Source of the DNA: Alphaproteobacteria bacterium
GTDB lineage: Bacteria > Pseudomonadota > Alphaproteobacteria > UBA6615
Direction of reading: 5' to 3'
DNA: 64,000 nucleotides
Assembly (NCBI GenBank): GCA_002722515.1
Contig: PBMH01000041.1
Coordinates: 94 to 64,093, forward strand
A model generated the notes under the pieces. It was not told the DNA's origin. It made no database searches and saw only the letters and a list, made by a program, of their open reading frames with translations. Shown piece after piece: positions 58,941 through 64,000 of this stretch; position 1 is the stretch's first letter; each line of letters begins with the position of its first letter. The translations under genes were made by a program, and so were the position numbers.

Positions 58941-58953
58941 GTAGCCCGAATTG

Positions 58954-59121
58954 CTATTTCATTTTCTCTTCCCTGAACGTCACGTGCTTTCGTACGACTG
59001 GATCGTATTTGCGCATCTCAAGCTTCTCCGGCTTCTGGCGTGGGTTTTTTTTAGTGACGTAGTAGTAGCCGGTGTCTGCCGAACTCACGAGTTTTACAAG
59101 GATGGTAGCAGGTTTCGCCAT
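58954..59121 (-). CDS. rpmG: 50S ribosomal protein L33 (Zn-free type)
   Basis: [55 protein letters not shown], 55 aa. Missed by the ORF track. Confidence 0.97.
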   Translation of the reverse strand: MAKPATILVKLVSSADTGYYYVTKKNPRQKPEKLEMRKYDPVVRKHVTFREEKMK

Positions 59122-59154
59122 GGTCGTAGTCCTGTAGGCTGCAATTTGGCCGGG

Positions 59155-59183
59155 AAGATAGCGTGCAACCGCAGCAAGTCAAG
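59155..59183 (-). promoter_or_regulatory. Putative sigma70 promoter for rpmG
   Basis: Minus strand cTTGACT-N16-TATCTT about 35 nt upstream of the ATG. Confidence 0.55.
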
Positions 59184-59195
59184 CAGGGATGCCCC

Positions 59196-60794
59196 CTATC
59201 GGTGTGCTAAGGTGGTATCGGACCGCCTAAGTAGAGACGCGTAGAGATCCATATCGCCGATAACCGCCTTCGCCAAGGCCATATCGATATCGGGCAGTCC
59301 GTCATCCGAGGGACAAATACGACGTAAAGCGGCGCGGTCGGCGGTATCGTTGTTTCCAGTGGCCCGCCAATCACTGAGTTGCGCCGCTATTATGTTCTGG
59401 TCATCGCGGACGGCTGGCATTAGAGCGTCGGCAGATTTCAGGCCGCCGCCATGGGTGCATATGTTCGGCAGGATTCCGAGCTCGTGTAACCGATAGCCCG
59501 AAGGTGCAAGGAAGCGTGACCACGTGAGGGTGATTTCACCGCTGTTGGGAAGGCGAAGTACAGACTGGACTGAGCCCTTGCCGAAGGAATTGGTCCCGAT
59601 AACAACGGCGCGCCCATGATCTTGGAGCGCGGCGGTGACGATTTCGGATGCGGAGGCAGAATTCCCATTGATAAGGATAATGATCGGTCTCTGTCCAGTC
59701 TCATCGCCACGAGACGCCTTGTACGCTTGGCGACTGCCGGGATGACGTCCTCGCGTAACGGTGATTTCGCCGGAGCCTAAGAAAATGTCGGCAACATCGA
59801 TTGAGACGTCGAGGCGACCGCCGGGATTCGAACGTAGGTCGAGGACGAATCCAGTCGGCTGGCTGTCGGGGTTGTGAATCTGCCGCTTGATGGCGCGCTG
59901 TAGTTCCCTCGCTGAATGGATATTAAAGCCGCTGAGACGCATGATTGCGATATTGCCGTCGCGACGAACCTCAACGGTCTCGGGCACTACATGCTGCCGA
60001 GTTATCTCAATACCGATTGGAGCTGGGATAGCTTTGCGCGTGACCGTAAAGGTGACCATAGAGTTAATAGGGCCGCGTAACGCGTCAACTAGCTGCCGTT
60101 GCGTCCAGTCCGTTATACTGTCGCCCTCGATATGAGTTATACGATCTAGGGGCCGAACCCCAGCTTTGGCGGCGGGGCCGCCTTCGATTACGGACATAAT
60201 GAGCGCGTCTTCTTCGTCTTTGGTGATCTTTATGCCAATTCCCCCGAATCCATCGCGATATGCACGCTTTTCGTTGGCGGTTTCGGCATCGTCGTAGCGT
60301 GAGAACTTATCCAGTGGATAGAGAACTCCATCGAATACGGCCTTAAAAAGTATTTCGGCCTGCACCCCTGCTAGGGACGGTGATGTGTTGCGTGCGATCG
60401 AAATAGCGTCGACGGTAGCCTTGCTCCAAGCTTTTGGGGCGTCGTTGCGTGGTGCGGTCAGGCGTCCGACTGTTAGGTTTTGGTAGAGCACCTCGATGTC
60501 GCGGCCATTTGGGCGAACATCGATCTTGGGATCGATTTTATGGAGGCTGGAAAGGCCGCTGAAGCTTAAGTGACGAAGGGAGACGGGTAAGATGTATCGA
60601 TCGCTGATGAACCGATATCCCGTCTCGAACATTTCGAGTCCGTATTCATTCGAATACTCGGCCTCGATCGTGGGGCCAATCTGATTACAGGCAGTTAGCA
60701 ATAGCGCCGTAAACGCGACCGTTGACCCACGTATTAGTGCTAAAACGATCTTCAAACTATGCATATTACTCAAATATCGCGTGAACGTGGCCAA
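59196..60794 (-). CDS. S41 family C-terminal processing peptidase (PDZ domain), probable lipoprotein
   Basis: LLLTAC lipobox, FGGIG PDZ loop, LDLRSNPGG, SASASEI and SFGKGSVQ motifs. Start uncertain. Confidence 0.9.
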   Translation of the reverse strand: MATFTRYLSNMHSLKIVLALIRGSTVAFTALLLTACNQIGPTIEAEYSNEYGLEMFETGYRFISDRYILPVSLRHLSFSGLSSLHKIDPKIDVRPNGRDIEVLYQNLTVGRLTAPRNDAPKAWSKATVDAISIARNTSPSLAGVQAEILFKAVFDGVLYPLDKFSRYDDAETANEKRAYRDGFGGIGIKITKDEEDALIMSVIEGGPAAKAGVRPLDRITHIEGDSITDWTQRQLVDALRGPINSMVTFTVTRKAIPAPIGIEITRQHVVPETVEVRRDGNIAIMRLSGFNIHSARELQRAIKRQIHNPDSQPTGFVLDLRSNPGGRLDVSIDVADIFLGSGEITVTRGRHPGSRQAYKASRGDETGQRPIIILINGNSASASEIVTAALQDHGRAVVIGTNSFGKGSVQSVLRLPNSGEITLTWSRFLAPSGYRLHELGILPNICTHGGGLKSADALMPAVRDDQNIIAAQLSDWRATGNNDTADRAALRRICPSDDGLPDIDMALAKAVIGDMDLYASLLRRSDTTLAHR

Positions 60795-60848
60795 GATAAA
60801 GGCCAGATGTCGTTGGCATTCTTTGTAAAGGAAACAGGCGACACAAGG

Positions 60849-63107
60849 TTAATGCTGTCGCTTTAGCTTGTTCTTCCGCCTGGCATTGCGCTTGTCTGGG
60901 CGCTTGCGGCCGGATTTGATTTTCTTACTTCTACTGGCCGGGTTTGACGAACCGGAATGCCCACTATCCATCAGATCGAATATGGACGAACCGCTCAGGC
61001 CGTCGGCCTCCGAGACACGGACTTCTACGGGATCGCCGAGGCGATAAGTCCTGCCGCCCGGAGATTCGATAGTCTGGCTGCGGGAATCGAAACGCGGGCG
61101 TCCGCCGGGAAGCTTCGAGGCTGGCACGAAGCCTTCTGCCCCTTTGTCGTCGATGGCAATAAACAGACCTGCACGGGTGACACCGCGAACGGTCCCGGCG
61201 AAACTATCTCCGATGTGCATTGCGAGGAAGGCCGCAGTGTAGCGGTCATTCGCATCGCGTTCTGCGATGACGGCACGGCGTTCGGTTTTTGAGATATGTT
61301 TGCCAAGCTCTTCGAACTGCTTAGCTTGATCGTCGTCCAGACCGCCGGCACCGAGGCGGTCGCCGCGAATTAACGCGCGATGCACTAGCAGGTCGGCATA
61401 TCGCCGAATCGGCGAGGTGAAATGCGCGTAGTCACGCAGCCCAAGCCCGAAATGACCGAGATTTTTAGGGCTATAGACGGCCTGCATCTGGGATCTGAGG
61501 ATCAGTTCGCTCACCATAATCTCTTGAGCCGTGCCGCGAACGCTAGCGAGAATACTATTAAAATCCCTAGGCCGGTTTACGCTGCCCTTTGCGATTTTGA
61601 TACCGAAACCTGCTAGTGCTTCCCGCAGATCCGTGAGCTTTTCGAGCGATGGCTCATCATGGACGCGAAACATCACCGGCTGCCCACGCTTTTGGAGTCT
61701 GCGCGCGGCGGCGACGTTAGCGGTGATCATAAACTCCTCGATTAGGCGATGACTGTCGAGCCGCTGAACGGGCACGATGTCCTTTACTGTACCGTCACCC
61801 GCTAGGACGACGCGCCGTTCGGGGAGCTCGAGATCAAGCGCACCACGCGATCGTCGCGTGGCAGCGAGAGCCTCGAAAGCCCCATAAAGGTGATCAAAAA
61901 GCCCTGGCATGACCGGGTCAGTACCCGCGTTCCGGGCGGCCTGCACTTCCTCGTAGGTCAGTCGGGCGGCGGAGCGCATTAGGGCGCGCTGGAAGCTGAA
62001 GGAACGCAGATCGCCGCCTGGACCGATCCAGAGATCAGCAGCTATGCAGGCCCGGTCCTCGTTGGGGCGCAGCGAGCAGAGGCCATTCGAGAGGGCCTCG
62101 GGCAGCATTGGTACAACCCGGTCAGGGAAATAGACGGAATTACCGCGCTTTAAGGCCTCGCGATCGAGTGCGCTGCCGGGCCTGACATAAGCGGCCACGT
62201 CGGCTATGGCAACCACCAGGTGCCACCCGCCATCGGTGCTCCGGGTCGTGTCGGGTTCAGCGAATACGGCATCATCGAAATCACGTGCATCCGGCCCGTC
62301 GATTGTGACTAGTGGCAGTTCACGAATATCGACACGATTACCTAGGGTTGGAGGCTGTACGGCATCGGCCGCGTTATTGACGGCGTCGGGAAAATGTTCG
62401 GGGATGTCGGCGCGGTGAATTGCGATACGGCTGATTGCGCCGGGCGCGTCGGCGGCGCCGATGTTGTCTACGATACGCGCTTGCAACAGCCCCTGGCGAC
62501 GAGTGCTTAGCACTTCGGCGATGACTAAGTCACCGTCATTGGCGCGGACATCGCTCTTCAGGGTAAGTACCATCTCGTCTCGTCGCCGCCTTTCGAGCGG
62601 GACTACGCGGCCGCCGTCACTACCGTCGCGGAACTGGCCGATTGTAGTTTTAATCTCGCTTTCGGCTGGGCGCAAAGGCTTGGCGGTGTAATGATTTTTG
62701 CCCCGCGGTAATAAGCGCGCTAGGAAACGGTCACCTTCACCGGGTGCGGGCATGCTACGTGGTGCCGGCAGGACATCGATGGCCGGGACTGGTCCCTGCG
62801 GCTCTATGTCTACTGGCCTGACTTTTAGGTCGCCTTCGGCGTCGATCGACACGACCTCGAGGATTACGACGGGCGGTAAAGCATCGGCTAGGCGCCAGCG
62901 CCTGCCTTGGACGCGTTCAATGCGACCGCGGGCCTCGAGTTCTTTCAGGAGCACACGCAATCCGGTTCGCTGGCTGCCAGTGATGCCGAACACACGGGCG
63001 ATTTCACGGGTTGGCTGTGCGTTGAGTGCGGACCTTAGAAGTTCCACGACCGCATCGCCATTGGGCAATTTGTCCGCTTGTCTGGTTTTGGGTTGGGGCT
63101 TTGCCAA
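60849..63107 (-). CDS. rnr: Ribonuclease R
   Basis: TIDGPDARDFDDA, RGNSVYF, IEEFM..AN, HFTSPIRRYADL, S1 domain and basic tail. Confidence 0.95.
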   Translation of the reverse strand: MAKPQPKTRQADKLPNGDAVVELLRSALNAQPTREIARVFGITGSQRTGLRVLLKELEARGRIERVQGRRWRLADALPPVVILEVVSIDAEGDLKVRPVDIEPQGPVPAIDVLPAPRSMPAPGEGDRFLARLLPRGKNHYTAKPLRPAESEIKTTIGQFRDGSDGGRVVPLERRRRDEMVLTLKSDVRANDGDLVIAEVLSTRRQGLLQARIVDNIGAADAPGAISRIAIHRADIPEHFPDAVNNAADAVQPPTLGNRVDIRELPLVTIDGPDARDFDDAVFAEPDTTRSTDGGWHLVVAIADVAAYVRPGSALDREALKRGNSVYFPDRVVPMLPEALSNGLCSLRPNEDRACIAADLWIGPGGDLRSFSFQRALMRSAARLTYEEVQAARNAGTDPVMPGLFDHLYGAFEALAATRRSRGALDLELPERRVVLAGDGTVKDIVPVQRLDSHRLIEEFMITANVAAARRLQKRGQPVMFRVHDEPSLEKLTDLREALAGFGIKIAKGSVNRPRDFNSILASVRGTAQEIMVSELILRSQMQAVYSPKNLGHFGLGLRDYAHFTSPIRRYADLLVHRALIRGDRLGAGGLDDDQAKQFEELGKHISKTERRAVIAERDANDRYTAAFLAMHIGDSFAGTVRGVTRAGLFIAIDDKGAEGFVPASKLPGGRPRFDSRSQTIESPGGRTYRLGDPVEVRVSEADGLSGSSIFDLMDSGHSGSSNPASRSKKIKSGRKRPDKRNARRKNKLKRQH

Positions 63108-63116
63108 GCTTATCGA

Positions 63117-64000
63117 CTATTCCGCGCTAGGTGCGGTGTTGGCCTTCTTCAAGACTGTCTTTTTCTTTGCAGTCGTCTTTTTCTTGGCCGGTTTCTTCGT
63201 TGCCCTTTTCTTGGTGGGTGAGGCCTTGGACTTGGCTGCACGTGCAGCGATCAGTTCCACGGCCACCTCTAGCGTCATGTCTGCCGGATCGACGTCCTTG
63301 GGGATCGTAGCGTTAGTTTTTCCGTGTTTCACATAGGGGCCGTAACGACCGTCTTGTACGGTAACCGGTTTGTCATCGTCGGGATGATTGCCTAGTTCCT
63401 TGAGCGGCGCGGCACGACCGCGTCGGGCCTTTCCCTTTTCGGCCAGTAACGTGACTGCCCGGTTTAGGCCTGCAGTGAGCACTTCACGTGGGTCGGGGAG
63501 GGATGCATAGACGGTGCCATGTTTGACATAGGGCCCGTAGCGGCCGAGGCCGGCCTGGATAACGACGCCGTCCTCGGGGTGCGGGCCTATATCCCGCGGT
63601 AGCGCCAGAAGTCCTAACGCAAGCTCAAGGTCGATCTCATCGAGCGTGAAGCCATCGGGAATAGAAGATCGTTTTGGCTTGGTGGCCTTCTTGCCTTCAC
63701 CTTCAGGCTCACCTAGCTGAACATACAGGCCATAGGGGCCCTTGCGCAGAGTGATGTCTTGGCCGTTTTCCGGGTCCTTGCCCAGTTCGCGCGGGCCGTT
63801 AGCGAGGTCGGCCGTCTCGTCACTGCCGCCATCAACAGCCAGCTTGCGCGTATATTTGCATTCCGGATAGCCTGAGCACCCGACAAAAGGTCCATGCTTC
63901 CCGATGCGCAGCCCCAAGCGTCCTTCGTTACAGGCCGGGCAGACGCGCGCGTTACTGCCGTCTTCACGGGTTGGGAAGAAATGCGGGCCCAACTCCTCGT
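63117..64000 (-). CDS. topA: DNA topoisomerase I, C-terminal part (continues beyond the window)
   Basis: Zn ribbon CP.C...GCS.YPEC, three Toprim C-terminal repeats (G.YGPYV.HG) and a Lys-rich tail. Canonical topA-rnr order. Confidence 0.93.
   Translation of the reverse strand, partial: EELGPHFFPTREDGSNARVCPACNEGRLGLRIGKHGPFVGCSGYPECKYTRKLAVDGGSDETADLANGPRELGKDPENGQDITLRKGPYGLYVQLGEPEGEGKKATKPKRSSIPDGFTLDEIDLELALGLLALPRDIGPHPEDGVVIQAGLGRYGPYVKHGTVYASLPDPREVLTAGLNRAVTLLAEKGKARRGRAAPLKELGNHPDDDKPVTVQDGRYGPYVKHGKTNATIPKDVDPADMTLEVAVELIAARAAKSKASPTKKRATKKPAKKKTTAKKKTVLKKANTAPSAE

Noticed and set aside
58921-58950. GGTTCGAA resembling a tRNA T-loop
   Set aside because: No acceptor, D or anticodon stems can be formed around it, and it lies at the end of the divK relic.
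1-64000. Defence system, prophage, IS or CRISPR-type novel system
   Set aside because: No integrase, transposase, nuclease-ATPase pair, reverse transcriptase, repeat array or compositional island was found. Nearly all long ORFs map to known housekeeping or metabolic families.

Overview
Chromosomal backbone of an alphaproteobacterium, probably Rhodospirillales-like judging by gene order. It holds about 60 housekeeping and metabolic genes: yfgM-bamB-der, dnaB-alr-mlaEF-radA-cvpA-purF, rpsF-rpsR-rplI, fabD-fabG-acpP-fabF-mltG-yicC-gmk, lptFGD-surA-rsmA, pepA-holC-ndk, purMN, hdaA-ppk1-ppx, rnd/aspS, eipB-dinB and rpmG-ctpA-rnr-topA. There is also a compact MurNAc/GlcNAc salvage cluster (murQ, BadF-type kinase, nagA, namZ). 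I found no tRNA, rRNA, CRISPR array, prophage, IS element or recognisable defence system. The strongest unexplained signal is a pattern of gene erosion hidden in apparently intergenic DNA. purF has an in-frame internal deletion. There are relics of divK (with no pleD beside it), an SDR, a RidA-family gene, a galE-like gene and a DUF2232-like gene, several of which keep both ends and have lost the middle. fabG is frameshifted, purM has only a CTG start, and pdxA is absent from its usual position. The ORF track misses two small genes: rpmG and a cytochrome c oxidase subunit IV-like peptide. All family calls come from recognising motifs by eye, not from database searches.
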